A stretch of 59,508 bases of DNA, the filler included, from Thelocarpon superellum (taxonomy: Eukaryota), in assembly GCA_026025795.1 (NCBI GenBank). It is 2 parts of 2 records of this genome, joined end to end, with 100 filler letters (N's around TTAATTAATTAA, not from the genome) between each part and the next. Parts side by side here need not be neighbours in the genome. Positions count along the whole stretch, not along the records: positions 29,853 to 59,508 come from JAPEUG010000214.1; 1 more part is not named here. One strand, 5' to 3'. This document shows, piece by piece, positions 46,508 through 58,808 of the stretch (its first letter is position 1; each line of letters begins with the position of its first letter). Below the pieces are notes generated by a model that searched no databases, was not told the origin of the DNA, and saw nothing but the letters and a program-made list of their open reading frames with translations. Both the position numbers and the translations under genes were made by a program.

Positions 46508-49500
46508 ATGGCTGCTGCGGATCGTGATGTTCTGCCCGACTCGTGAGTACACTCCTCATGTCTCGATCTGATCCGCAATGACTGAGCGGATGTCTAGGGT
46601 CAAGCCGATCAATTACGCCATCTCTATCCACGACATCGAGCTCGGTGGAGCGTACAGCTACCAGGGCACCGTGCACATCGATCTTGACGTCCGCAAGACG
46701 ACCAAGGAAATCGTTGTAAATGCTCATCAGCTTCAAATTAAGGAGGCTCAAGTGTTCCTTGAGCATGGAAAGAGTTGGTGACCCGTGAGAATGCGCACGC
46801 CTCGTACTAATGCGTCCTGGGAGCAGCTCAGCAATCCATCAAGGCCTCGGATATTTCCTACCAGGAAAGGTCTCAACGAGCGACGCTCACCTTCCCTAAC
46901 CCCATCGCGGCACCCGGAAAGGTGGTCCTCCGTCTGGACTACAGTGGTACCATCAACAATGTCATGGCAGGCTTCTATCGATCCAAGTACAAGCCCGCGG
47001 CCCCACCCGTCCCATCGGTTCCCAAAGACGACGAATACCACTACATGTTTAGCACGCAATTCGAGTCGTGTGATGCGCGGCGCGCCTTCCCGTGCTTCGA
47101 TGAGCCCAACTTGAAAGCGGTCTTTGACTTTGAGATTGAAATTCCGGACGACCAGGTGGCCTTGAGCAACATGGATGAAAAGGAGGTCAAGGCCAGCAAG
47201 CCCGGATTCAAGGTGGTCTCCTTCAACAAGACGCCCATCATGAGCACATACCTCCTGGCCTGGGCCTTTGGCGATTTTGAGTACGTCGAGGACTTCACCA
47301 AGCGCAAATACAACGGGAAGTCCTTGCCCGTGCGCGTCTACACGACCAAAGGACTCAAGGAGCAGGGCCGATTCGCACTGAAGAATGCCCATCAAGTTGT
47401 TGACTACTTCTCCGAGATCTTCCGGATCGACTATCCCCTTCCCAAGGCCGATCTCCTCGCCGTCCATGAATTCTCTCACGGCGCCATGGAGAACTGGGGT
47501 CTCGTCACCTATCGGACCACCGCCGTGCTCTTTGACGAGGCCAACTCCGACGCCAAATACAAGAACCGCGTGGCCTATGTCGTTGCTCACGGTAAGCCAT
47601 GACGAGTGTTCCCCCCTTTTCTCGTTTGAGCAGGGTACTGATGAGGAACAGAATTGGCCCATCAATGGTTCGGAAACCTCGTGACGATGGACTGGTGGAG
47701 CGAGTTGTGGCTCAACGAAGGCTTCGCCACCTGGGTGGGCTGGCTGGCCATCGATCACCTGTACCCTGGTGAGAGCTCTGAGACGACGCCATGACGCCGA
47801 CTGAGCTGACCCATAGCTGGCGATAGAATGGGATGTGTGGGCGCAATTCGTCACCGAGTCGGTGCAGATGGCCTTCCAGCTCGACTCGCTGCGGGGTTCG
47901 CATCCGATTGAAGTGCCGGTCAAAGATGCACTGGACATTGAGCAGATCTTTGACCACATCAGCTATCTAAAAGGCAGCTCCGTCATCCGTATGTTGAGCG
48001 GACACTTGGGTGTGGATCCATTCCTTTTGGGTGTGTCCAACTATCTCAAGGCACACGCCTATGGTATGGATTTCACGCTTCGATCCACATGACATCGCCT
48101 TGTCTTACTGAGGAACATAGGAAACGCGACAACCATTGACCTCTGGAAGGCGCTCAGCGAGGCCTCCGGACAAGATGTTCCACATTTCATGGTAAGTCTT
48201 TCACGTGTCCATTTTGTGATGTAGATGAGTCCCGCGCTCACCAGCGCAGGATGATTGGATTCGCAAGATTGGCTTTCCCGTCGTGACGGTAGCGGAAGAG
48301 CCGGGCCAGATCAGCGTTCGTCAATCACGATTCCTCTCAACCGGAGACGTCAAAGCCGAGGAAGACCAGACGACGTGGTGGATCCCACTGGGGTTGAAGT
48401 CGGCCTCGCAAACGTCGCCGGCGTCCGCTGGAGCATTGACGAGCAAGGAAGACACGGTCCGGGAGGTGGATGATGGCTTCTACAAGCTCAACAGCAACCA
48501 GACTGGCTTCTATCGCACGAACTACCCACCCGCGCGGCTGGCAAAGCTGGGGGCAGCCAAGGATCAGCTCACGGTGCAGGATCGCATCGGTCTGCTGGGC
48601 GATGCCGCCGCATTGGCCCAGGCGGGTAACGGCACGACGGCGGGCCTGTTGGGCTTCGTGGAGAATTTCAAGACGGAGGAGAGCTATCTGTGCGTAAGCC
48701 GGGACCAGATCGTGATGATGGCTGACGAGTCTGCAGGGTATGGAATCAGATCGTCACGTCCATCGTCAACATTCGATCCATCTTCGCTGAAGACGCGCCG
48801 GTGCGCGAGGGTCTCCGCAAGTTTACCCTCGACCTCGTCACCCCGGCGGCCGAGAAGCTCGGGTGGGACTTTGATCCCAAAGAGAGCTTCCTGACGGGTC
48901 AGCTCCGTGCCCTGCTCATCTCCGCTGCCGCAGGTTCGGGACATCAAGGGTGAGTGTGAGCATGAAAGTTGAGGTGAGGCCAAATGGCTGACGCGAGATC
49001 AGGTTCATCGCCGAGGCGCAGCGTCGATTCGAGCTGTACTTCTCGGGCAAAGACACGTCGGCCATCCACCCGAATCTTCGTCTGGCCATCTTCCGCATCG
49101 TCGTTGCCGAGGGCGGGAAAGAGACGTATGAGGCGATCAAGCAGGAGTACCTCCATACCACCTCGGTGGATGGAAAAGAAATCTGTCTGCAGGCTTTGGG
49201 CCGGGTGCCGACACCGGCGCTGGCTGAGGACTTTCTCCAGCTGCTCTTCTCAGACGCTGTGGCCATCCAGGACAAGCACAGCGGTGGGGCGTCATTGGCG
49301 GCCAATGCCAAGGTCCGCCTCTCGCTGTGGAAATACATCGAGGCCCACTGGGAGGAGGTGCACGGAACGCTCAAGGTCAACCCCGTCGTCCTCGACCGCT
49401 TCCTCAAGACTAGTCTGTCCAAGTTTGCGAGCCACGACATCGAGCAGAAGATTGCCAAGTTCTTCGCGAGCAAGGACAACCGGGGATACGACCGCGGTCT

Positions 49501-49594
49501 CGTCGTCATCTCCGACACCATCCGAGGCAACGCCAACTACAAGGAGCGGGACGGGCCGCTCATCCTGGAATGGCTCAAAGCACATGGTTACTGA
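46508..49594 (+). CDS. APE2: M1 family alanyl aminopeptidase (Ape2/Aap1-like)
   Basis: [63 protein letters not shown]...WLNEGFA (HEXXH-18-E), [14 protein letters not shown]1-like C-terminal domain; eight introns. Confidence 0.95.
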
Positions 49595-50351
49595 GGGATG
49601 GGGGACGATCGACAGCGGTATCGAACATGATGGTTGAAGATCGACATAGTCAGCTAACAAATCGCTAGGTAGCCGTCCGTCTTACACGCTGCTCCTACTC
49701 CAGGAGTAATGGAAAATAGGTATGCGTAGTGCTCGTAGCTAGCAATGGATAACCATGAGCGTCGTGACCGATCGTATCTGATCCGGTGGTGCCATCTGAC
49801 ACCAATCGTCTACCGTAATTTGGTAGGTCGATCTCGTGACCGTCTCGTCCGTCGACTCAGACGGTGGCGCCGAGTGGCACTACTCCAACGCGCTAACCAA
49901 AAGTGGGGCACTAGCGCAGGTCAGCCATACGTCGAAGGAGGACAGAAGGAGGGAAGACACCGGACGACTGTAGGAGCCCTCGGTATTCGCGGTCATAGGC
50001 GTAGTCTTGTCGCTAGAGGACGAGTACGAGTCCCCGTGGTAGTACCGGCACTGTGTACCTCCAGGCGGCCACGGAGATCATCCAGGGCGAGAGCGAAAGG
50101 CAAAGCCAAAGCGAAAGCGAGACGGGTACTGGCGACAGCGTCACCTGCAACGACCACCTCCTTCACCCGCCATCGTCTCCGCCAGCCCTGTCTCCATCCG
50201 TCCATCACAACCACCACAACCATCACATCCACCAGAACCGACCCGTCATCTCCTCCGCCTGTGTCTCTGCCGCCGTCGCGTCTCGCCACGCTCTCTCTCT
50301 CTCCTCTCCTTATACCCAGTGCAGCCCGTCTCCTCTCTAGCGTTCATCATC

Positions 50352-51277
50352 ATGAATCCCGAGTAGTATGTGATGCACCACACCCTGGCCGACGTGGGCG
50401 TACGCCGTCGATGACCGTCTACGCTGCTGACCCGCTGCTACGTGTAGAGTGAACCACGATCACCTCCTCCCTTGTCGACGCGTCGGCTCCCAGGGCCGCG
50501 CAGACTGACGTCCGGCTCTAGATACGATTATCTCTTTAAGCTGCTGCTCATCGGTGACTCGGGCGTCGGAAAGTCGTGTCTGCTGCTGCGGTTCGCCGAT
50601 GATACCTACACCGAAAGCTACATCTCCACAATCGGCGTTGACTTTGTGCGTCGTACCCGGGTACCCTACTCTCAGGATGGAGGCTGACGAGGCCGATAGA
50701 AAATCCGAACGATCGAGCTCGATGGCAAGACGGTGAAGCTGCAGATCGTACGTCTCGTTCTGGCCATGGGTCCGTCCGGCTTCGTACTGACGTGAATGAA
50801 GTGGGACACGGCTGGTCAGGAGCGTTTCCGCACCATCACCTCGTCGTACTACCGTGGAGCTCACGGCATCTGCGTCGTGTACGATGTGACGGATATGGAT
50901 TCCTTCAACAATGTCAAGCAATGGTTGCAGGAGATTGACCGATACGCCACGGAAGGCGTCAACAAGCTCCTGGTCGGCAACAAGAGCGACATGTCGGACA
51001 AGAAGGTGGTCGAGTACACGGTGGCCAAGGTGGGCGTGATCCGCGCGGGGTCTGAGTATGGGGATCTGACGGACAATGATAGGAGTTCGCCGACAGCCTC
51101 GGCATTCCCTTCCTCGAGACGTCGGCCAAGAACGCATCCAACGTCGAACAAGCCTTTTTGACCATGGCCCGGCAGATCAAGGAGCGGATGGGTACGACGA
51201 CGGTCAACAACAAGCCCACCGTGCAAGTTGGGCAAGGCCAGGGGGTGCAGTCGGGTGCAGCCGGAGGTTGCTGTTAG
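50352..51277 (+). CDS. YPT1: Rab1/Ypt1 small GTPase
   Basis: [66 protein letters not shown]-terminal GGCC prenylation motif. Confidence 0.98.
50363..50521 (+). other. Nested spliceosomal twin intron (stwintron, [D3,4]) in YPT1
   Basis: GA|GTA[GTATGT...GCTGAC...TGTAG]AGTGAAC...ACTGAC...CTCTAG|ATAC. The internal intron 50366-50447 splits the external donor GTA/AGT. Confidence 0.8.
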
Positions 51278-51955
51278 ATGGCGAGGCCAATCTCAGAGGC
51301 GAGACGTCGTTGCTTGACTTGGATCTCCACCGGGACACCATGACCATGACATGACGTAAAGGCAAACTCTGTCCGGGGGTGTGGGTGTCCGTGTCCGTGG
51401 CCTGGTAGTGACACGATGGTGGTAATCATTTGGGAGGAGACCAGGGGAGGGGGGTGAGAGCGAACGCGGAGTCAGTCATCCAACCACCCGTGCATTGATG
51501 CGCCTTATGATTCCCATCGATGGGTCTCAGCCATGCGATTGATCGAGTCGTGCGTGAAATGCCTCGTGGTTTTACTTCCTTTCCTCCCTCGGCATTGTAT
51601 TTTTCTGCGCCTTGACTTGACGGATTGTTGCAATCTGATGCTATGCTTGAGAGTGCGTGATCCTCGATCCTTTGATCCCTTGACTCGTGATTTCTACATG
51701 TATGTCATGATTTGAGATTATAGAAGATCATGTCAGAGAGAAGAGCTGTTCGTAGGGGAGAAGATATTCTCATAAGAAGACACGAGTATCCATCATCTTC
51801 GATAACAAGGATCGCCCGCAAGTATCAAATGCAGCGGTAAAAGTTGGATCAGTACTGGCTCGATCGACCGGACAATGGGGTCAATGTGGACCATTCGCCC
51901 TACCCCGTCACCATCCCACCGTCTACCACTCACCACTCAGCATCAGCAGCCCAGA

Positions 51956-53935
51956 ATGTCTCGAGCAGCCGCCATTGAAGCAGAGCATTACTTTCAAACC
52001 GAGTACGTAGGGTCTATCATCTCCTTGTAAACGCTCTCGTACATTGACCTACACGACGCATCTGATCTCCATCATAACCGCCGCTATGACGCGTGAAGGT
52101 TTTCCGGAAATGATGCACTGAGTCACCTTGAGTCGACATGCCAGATGATGATGATGATGATGTGAAGCTAACTTGGAGAATCTCTACGCAGGACATCCAT
52201 CGCCGAAGCCAAACGCAAGAGGGCAAAATTCGCCAAGCACAAGTCCAAGGGTGATGCGGTCAAGTTGGCCAGTAAGATCTTGGCTGTGACCACCAGTGTT
52301 ACGGCGAGAGCAGAGGGCGGCGAAGGCGAGGTTAATGGGGAGGAGAACAGCGTCTACGTGGCCGAGAGTGCGGGGGTGGTGCGAAAGGTGCTGCTTGATG
52401 TGGGTGTTAGCTGTCTATTGAACAGTATCCCGCCTTCTGTCTCTGCCCTATTCCTCTCTGTCCACTTTTCACTCCCATCCCGGGAAGATCCAATCAAGGC
52501 CGGGAGCGATACTGATGTGAGGTGGAGCGCAGAGCAAAAAAAAAAGCCGCGTGTTCCGTGGTCCCACTGCCCCCCTCACCAGCGTGGTGATTTACAAAGG
52601 CCTAGTGGTGGCAGGAAGCTGGGACAAGACGATCTGGACGTGGGACCTGGCGAGTGGAGAAGTCAAGCGGCGGTTCCAGGGGCACACCGACTTCGTCAAG
52701 GCTGTTTTGTGCGTTCCGTGCCGACTACCACCTTTGATTGAGTCAGGCTGCGGTCGAGGGGTGGCGCAGCCACACGCAGGAGAGACAGAAGGGAAGGAGG
52801 CGAAAGGAAGAGAGCAACGAGGGGAACGACCAGTTTCCGATCTTCTCATCTCCGCGAGTGCAGACGCTTCAATCATCGTCTGGGACTTATGGAGCGGGGA
52901 GCGGTTGTGTACGCTCAAGGGGCATGCGCGGGGGGTGTTGGACCTGGCGGTTGACCATTTCGAGGACTGTTCTGCCCCTCATTCTGCCTCCACTTCTTCC
53001 ACTTCTCCCGCTACCGCCGACACCACCACCACCACCTCCTCCACCAGCAGTATAACACTCTTCAGCAGCGCCAGCTCGCCGGAGATCCTTCGCTGGCGAC
53101 TTGACATCAGGCCGCGCGCCACCGCTAACGGGCCAACCGGCACGAACAAGCCACCCGTTGTCGTGACCGCGACCCAGATCCAACCCGACAAGCCCATCCT
53201 CGCGCACGAAACAAGCGTGTACCGGCTCCGATTCGACAACGACGACGACGACGGCGACTTGTGGACCGCGTCGGCCGATAAGACTGCTAAATGTCTCTCG
53301 CGTGAGCGCGGCTGGGAGGCTGATACGATACTGGTCCATCCTGACTTCGTGAGAGACGTCGTTGTCGTGGACGAGAGAGGGCTGGTCGTTACGGCGTGTA
53401 GAGATGAGGAGGTCAGGGTTTGGGATAGAAGTGTGAGTGCTTTCTTTTCCCCTTCTTGTTTCCCCCGCTTCCCCTCCCCACTCTCTTTTCCCCTTTCTCT
53501 CTGCTGATATCAAGAGCGAGGATTGGCGGAGACCAGAGCGGAAACCTACGACACAAATTCTCAGGCCACCATGAAGAAGTGACGGGCCTAGCGCTCCTTC
53601 TCGCACGCCCATCGCCGCCATCTCCGGCGAAAATAGCGAGTGTATCCATCGACGGCTCCATTAGGACCTGGTCTCTTCTGGAGGCTGATTGGATCGTTGA
53701 TCCTGATCCTGATCCTGATCCTGATCCTGATCCTGCAGTTGCAGTTGCAGGTCGAGATGGAGGTGCAGGTGCAGGTGCAGAAGAGGAGGGGAAGAAGAGC
53801 GCCGACGGAGGTGGTCTCACGGAGAACAACGAGCACGAAGAGAAGACGGGTAAGAAAGATGCGACGTCGGTGTCGGCGTTGATGACAGAGGATGAAGAAC
53901 GCGAACTCGCGGAACTAATGGACGATGAGGAGTAG
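51956..53935 (+). CDS. Conserved fungal WD40-repeat protein of unknown function
   Basis: MSRAAAIEAEHYFQT|...KLASKILAV...VYVAESAG|...FRGPTAPLTS, AGSWDKTIWTWD, GHTDFVKAV, SASADASIIVWD, GHARGVLDL, AHETSVY, WTASADKT, HPDFVRDV, TACRDEEVRVWD, GHHEEVTG, SIDGSIRTW, MTEDEERELAELM; three introns. Confidence 0.88.
52144..52161. repeat. (GAT)6 microsatellite in intron 1 of the WD40 gene
   Basis: gatgatgatgatgatgat just upstream of the GCTAAC branch site. Confidence 0.85.
53699..53734 (+). repeat. (GATCCT)6 coding microsatellite encoding (DP)6
   Basis: Six perfect units in the last exon of the WD40 gene, followed by GCAGTT and GCAGGT units. Confidence 0.92.
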
Positions 53936-54151
53936 CATCACCATTGACACATTGGCACATGCACGTTTGCATTGGCTCGCAGACGATTGATCAATTTGAT
54001 TTATACATCGATACAAACCTCGATCGATACATCGTGTACATATAGTACATACATTCATACCTGCGCATGCCCAGTGTCCAATTCCTATTCGCCCCTGCAT
54101 AACCATCTCCCAACTTATCATACTGCCTACCACCTCCGTGCTATCCTTCTC

Positions 54152-56812
54152 CTAATACTCAGTCAACCTCAATTTCTTACCGACGTTTCTCCTCGCCGCT
54201 GCCGCTGCTGCTGCCGCTTCCTTGTGCGCCGCCGCCACTTTATCCTCCTTCTCGCCGCTGCCTCCTGCTCCGCTGCTTTTGAGGGCCTGGAGAAGCTGTC
54301 CGGCGTCGAAGAAACCATCTTCATCGTCTCAGTCAGCCCTTTACACCTCAAGCATGAGACATGCATGCAGAATAGAAGTGACTCACATCCTCCAAGCCCA
54401 TCTTCGTCGCTTTCAGCCTGCACTTCTTCCGATTCCGGAGTCTTGCTGCCTTTCACCGGGGCCCCCTGGACCGCTCGACCGCGACTCTTGACTCGGCCGA
54501 GCTTGTTGTTTTGCTCGTCGACTTCGCGCGCTCGACTGGACGTGGGCGATGATCCTTGCCGGGTCGTCGTGCGGAGTAGCTTGCGGATCTCGAGGAGGTA
54601 GCATTCGATCGCCTCGACGAATCGCTTCGTCTGACGATGCTTGGACGACGCGCAGATGGAAACCGAGTCTTCTTTGATGATGTATCCGATCCCGAAGCCA
54701 TCGGCTGATGTCGGCCCAAACCCGAATTGGCGGAGTGCCGGATTGCCGCAGTTGGAGGTCGAGAGGATCGTGTTGTTCAGCTTCTCCCATCCTGGATCGG
54801 CGAAGAGGGCCGGTAGATGCTGAGCTGGCTGTCGTCTCGCGGGACTCCCCCCTTGCGAGATATCGTCCGAAAGCGGGTCGGTGCCCGAGGAACGACCTCC
54901 CTCCGAATCTGCGTCCGCGGGGGTTGACCTTCCGTTGGAACTTCCGCCCCCACTGCTGGCGGCTTCGGCGCCCTCCTCGTCCAGGGCTCGCTGCCAGACG
55001 CAGAATAGGGCGTACAGATGCCGATCTTGTCCTTGGGCCTTGGCACATTGCCGCGTGACGTTGGTATGTTTGGCGCATGCCTTTCTCAACGCATCCACCT
55101 TCTGGACCGCCGGATTCTCTCCCCAGAACGTCCGCACAAAGGCGGCCGCCTCCGACGTGACGGAACGAATGGCCTCCGTGCGGCCGTGCAGATAGATCTT
55201 GGTCATGGCCGGCTCGTAGGTGCACTCGACTCGGCCATACAAGCCGTAGTATGCCGCCTGAAAGGCCATCTGAACGTAGGCGTCGGGAGAGAAGCCCATG
55301 GAAGTCATGAAGGTTTTCCCGTACGCGCTGAACTCCAATGTCTGGAACTCATTCTGTTGGATCAGATCGGCCAGCCGCGTCTCGGCGAAGCGGAGAGCCG
55401 TGTTCAACTCCGGGATCATGTCCCACTCCAACTTGTGCGGCGTGGTGTTGACGTCGCCAAAGCTGTCAGGATCCCGTTTCGATGGGTCCGGACTGGTCGA
55501 GGCCCAGAGACTCGGGGCTTGTCCGTTGATGGTCCGCGCAAATCTTAAGATCGTGTCCGTGTACACGTCGCTCGCCATGCGCAACACCGTATGCCCGTCC
55601 ACGCCGGTGTGCTCAAAGTTGATTCCGGCACTGCCGTTCTCGCACACGATGATCTGCAGCTTGTCATACCAGCGATTGGTACACGTCCCCACCTGCACCC
55701 CCTTCACGATCTCGCTGGTACCACACAGCATGTTCGTGCAGAGATCGGCCCCGGATTGCGGCGAGGTGTAGTCCAAGCACAAGATGAACAAGGCCGAGTC
55801 GACGATCCCCAAACAATCCGCATTGTTGGAATCTTCGTCACGCGTCAGAACATCGCGGAGACCGGCCCAGATCTTCCGATTCTCGGTACTCAAGACACCC
55901 ACGGCGGCTTTGGCTGCTTCTTGAATGGGGATCTGCGCCGCATCTTCAACAATGACCTTGAGATTGACCGCCACGTCTTTCTCCGTCATGATTAGATCAG
56001 AGTTGTCGTCGAGCACATCGAACCAGTAGAACTGTCCTCGACATAGCACGACCATGTGCTTGGACGTAGGATCTTGTCCGATATGACATCCATTCTCCGT
56101 CGGCACCCGAGCCGTGCCAAAGATTCGAGAGTATTGGTACATGCACAAAGGTTGACCCCGGAGTGTGTCCGGGGGTAGCTCCTCTTTCCGAATGGCCCGG
56201 ACAAAGGACAGGGCCGAGATGACGAGTGACGCCGCCCGCGTAACTTGGTTGTTCCGAGCCGGGGTGGGGTCATCCTCCAAGAGAAAGCTATGAGATCAGC
56301 ATGACCCTGAAACGAGTGGAGGTGTTTGGCATCTCACAATGGATTGAGGTTTAGAACAACGGCTGAAGATGGCATTAGTGAGATAGCAAGGGAGCGGATC
56401 AGGTCGGGACTCACGATTATCAAAGTTCAAATACGAGTCGTACCCTGAGCCGATCAGCTTGGGAAACAGCTCTTGTCTGAATGGACCTACAAAATTGCTC
56501 AATGTAACTCGACTTTCCCGTCGAATACTTCTTGAGGCGTTCTTGCAGGAGCGGACCTTCGGAGCGGAGAAACTCTCGCACGGCCGCCTGGGTCTCCTCA
56601 TGCTCGCGATCATTTTGGAGAGGCCGTAGGGCTTCGAGATATTGCTGACATGTATTCTTCAGGTCGGGGATGGGAAGCTTCGGAAGCCGATCTTGAGCGG
56701 CAAAGGTGATGCCGGGCTTGGAGGTGGTGCCGTGATGGGCCAGGGGGTCTTTAGCTGCCGGCGAGTAGGCGTAGGATGCATTCATGGCGCCATCTCGTGC
56801 ACGGCGAGACAT
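54152..56812 (-). CDS. YAT1: Carnitine O-acetyltransferase, Yat1/FacC type
   Basis: GITFAAQDRLPKLPIPDL, YIEQF|WYDSYL..|PVVLNLNPF|FLLEDDP, TCTNRWYDKLQ, GINFEHTGVDGHTVLR (catalytic His), SPDAYVQMAFQ, YEPAMTK..LHGRTE, LSTSNCG, GFGPTSADGFGIGY; spliced end YGFFDAG...VGKKLRLTEY*; four introns. Confidence 0.95.
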
Positions 56813-57670
56813 GGTGACGTTGGACGATGAGGTGGGCGAGGAGAGTAAATGTCTCAGCCTGGAGAAGGGCGCCTGGAGAATCAAATACAATACCACGCAC
56901 GGCATGGACCAGCCGCTGTCCTATGCGTGTAATCGGCGGCGAGAAAGATACCAAGCTCGGGCCGGAGGTCGAGTGCGGAGTAATGGCTTCATGAGGGAGA
57001 CATGACAGCGGGGGCGAGGTGGGCAGGGAAGTCCACCGGTGCGGTCACGCTCGGGGCAACGGATGGCCTGGCTCACTACTACTGGCAGCGGCGAGATCAC
57101 GGCAAAGGCGTGCGGAGCATGTCTACCTGCGACTATGCGTAGTTCGTGGCACGGTAGCAGGTAGTAGGCTGCCCACCCTGCTGACGAGAGGAAAAACACG
57201 CCTACAGCATCAGACGCAGTAATCGGATGATAGCCGGGCCCAGCGCCGTCACATGGCCGGGCCGGATCGTCTGGGGTAAGGGGGGACAGGTGTGGTGGTC
57301 GGCGAATGGCTTGCCGACCAACGATCAGACTGAGGGGGGTCGTGAGGCAGTGGGGCAGGGTGGGGTCAGTGTGGTCGTGCGGGTAAAAGGGAGCTAATCT
57401 GGGCCGGCCGGCTAACTGGAGCCAGTCAAAATGCGCCGCGGACTCTGGATTCAACTCGAGTCGAGAGAACAAGAGACTTACTTTTCGGCAAACCCATCTA
57501 GCTGTCCGGGTTTGCCGATTATGCTCGCGTGCCGTCGGAGTATGAGTCGTCGCACAAAGTCTGTCTCCCACTGACTTGGCCTTTTCCTTTGACGTAATCT
57601 AGGAAAGACACGTATACGGTCGACTTGCCCGAATCGCGATAGATATCGTAGGTGCTTCGTGCAGATCGAA

Positions 57671-58739
57671 TCATGCAAACAATACACTGGGATCCAGCTC
57701 GCTCTTTTCCCGTTGCTTCCCGCCATGTGACCGTAAGCCCAACTCTCCCTTCTTGGCCATTCGCTCCACACCCTGCTCGCTGCGCCGATTGTATTTCCCC
57801 GCCCGACTCCTCCTCAGATCAGACCGGATCTGGTTGGGGCTGACAAACTCCTTGTTCTCGTAGATGACCGGACCCCCAAAGGACCCTTCCAGGATCACAA
57901 TGGGCGTCAACACAAATCGAGGTCCAATCTCCACCAGCGCGATATTGGTCTCCTTGCTTTGGCTCGATCCCCTCGGAGACCCGTCCGTCATCGTCCCATC
58001 CACTACGCCATCCGCAGTCACCGGCGTTTGGCCGGGCTCGGTCTCGTTGACCTGGTAGCAGCGGATCCAGATCTTGCCGTCGGCCAACGTGAACCCCATG
58101 ACGTGATCGACAAAGGGCTTACTTTTCCGTGCGCCTTTCGGTACGGCAAAGACGTGCAAGAAGAGCTCTTTGAGGAGCCGTAGATGTGGCTGGCTATCGA
58201 ATTGGGCGTCAAACGACAGGATCGGTCGTGATCCCTTGAGGCAGTTTCCCGTGAAGTGCAGCTCTTCCATCGTATGTACTGCAGCACGTCTCGGATCAGT
58301 AACCGCCCGAATACTCACGACCCAAGAAACATACGGTTCTGCATGTGCATCTTCACCGTCGGTCCGTTCGGCGCCTTGCTCATCCAGACGTAGAGATCCT
58401 TGCCCTTGCGCGCCTCGAAAAAGACGACATTGTTGCAATTGTACAGCTCCGCCAGTTCGTTCAGCTGATACAGCTTGGTCTTCGTGTCTAGCTTGGCATC
58501 CTTGCGGCTGTGTGGCAGGAGGGAGTAGAGGTCATTGAGTAGGTGTCGGTGTCTGGCCAGTCACTCATCTCGTCAGCCAAGCTGCTCGTGGGTCAGCAGG
58601 GGACTGAGACGGACCGGTATGTCACGCCTCTTGACGATAAGATCAGTACCCGTTGCTTATTTTTGCGTGAGATGGGATCATTGGACGGCTTGACTTTGCT
58701 TCCTTCCGACTTAGACAGCGATCGGTAGACGGTCGCCAT
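57671..58739 (-). CDS. BRX1: Ribosome biogenesis protein Brx1 (Brix domain)
   Basis: MATVYRSL, KQRVLILSSRGVTYR|HRHLLNDL..LLPHSRKDAKLDTK, AELYNCNN, HTMEELHFTGNCLKGSRPILSFD, EIGPRFVL (sigma70-like Brix motif), SFGGPVIYENKEFVSPN; two introns. Confidence 0.97.
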
Positions 58740-58800
58740 GGTCTGCGATGTTGATGACCTATGACTTGACTTCTTGAATCGATCATTTTCGTGCCGGCTC

Positions 58801-58808
58801 GCTCATCG
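58801..58808 (-). promoter_or_regulatory. PAC-like element (CGATGAGC) upstream of BRX1
   Basis: Near match to the ribosome-biogenesis PAC motif GCGATGAG, about 60 nt upstream of the ATG; single imperfect copy. Confidence 0.3.

Noticed and set aside
54169..54386. Arg/Gln-rich C-terminus of the 703-aa carnitine acetyltransferase ORF
   Set aside because: Artefact of reading through the 68-nt intron at 54319-54386; splicing gives the conserved YGFFDAG...GKKLRL end.
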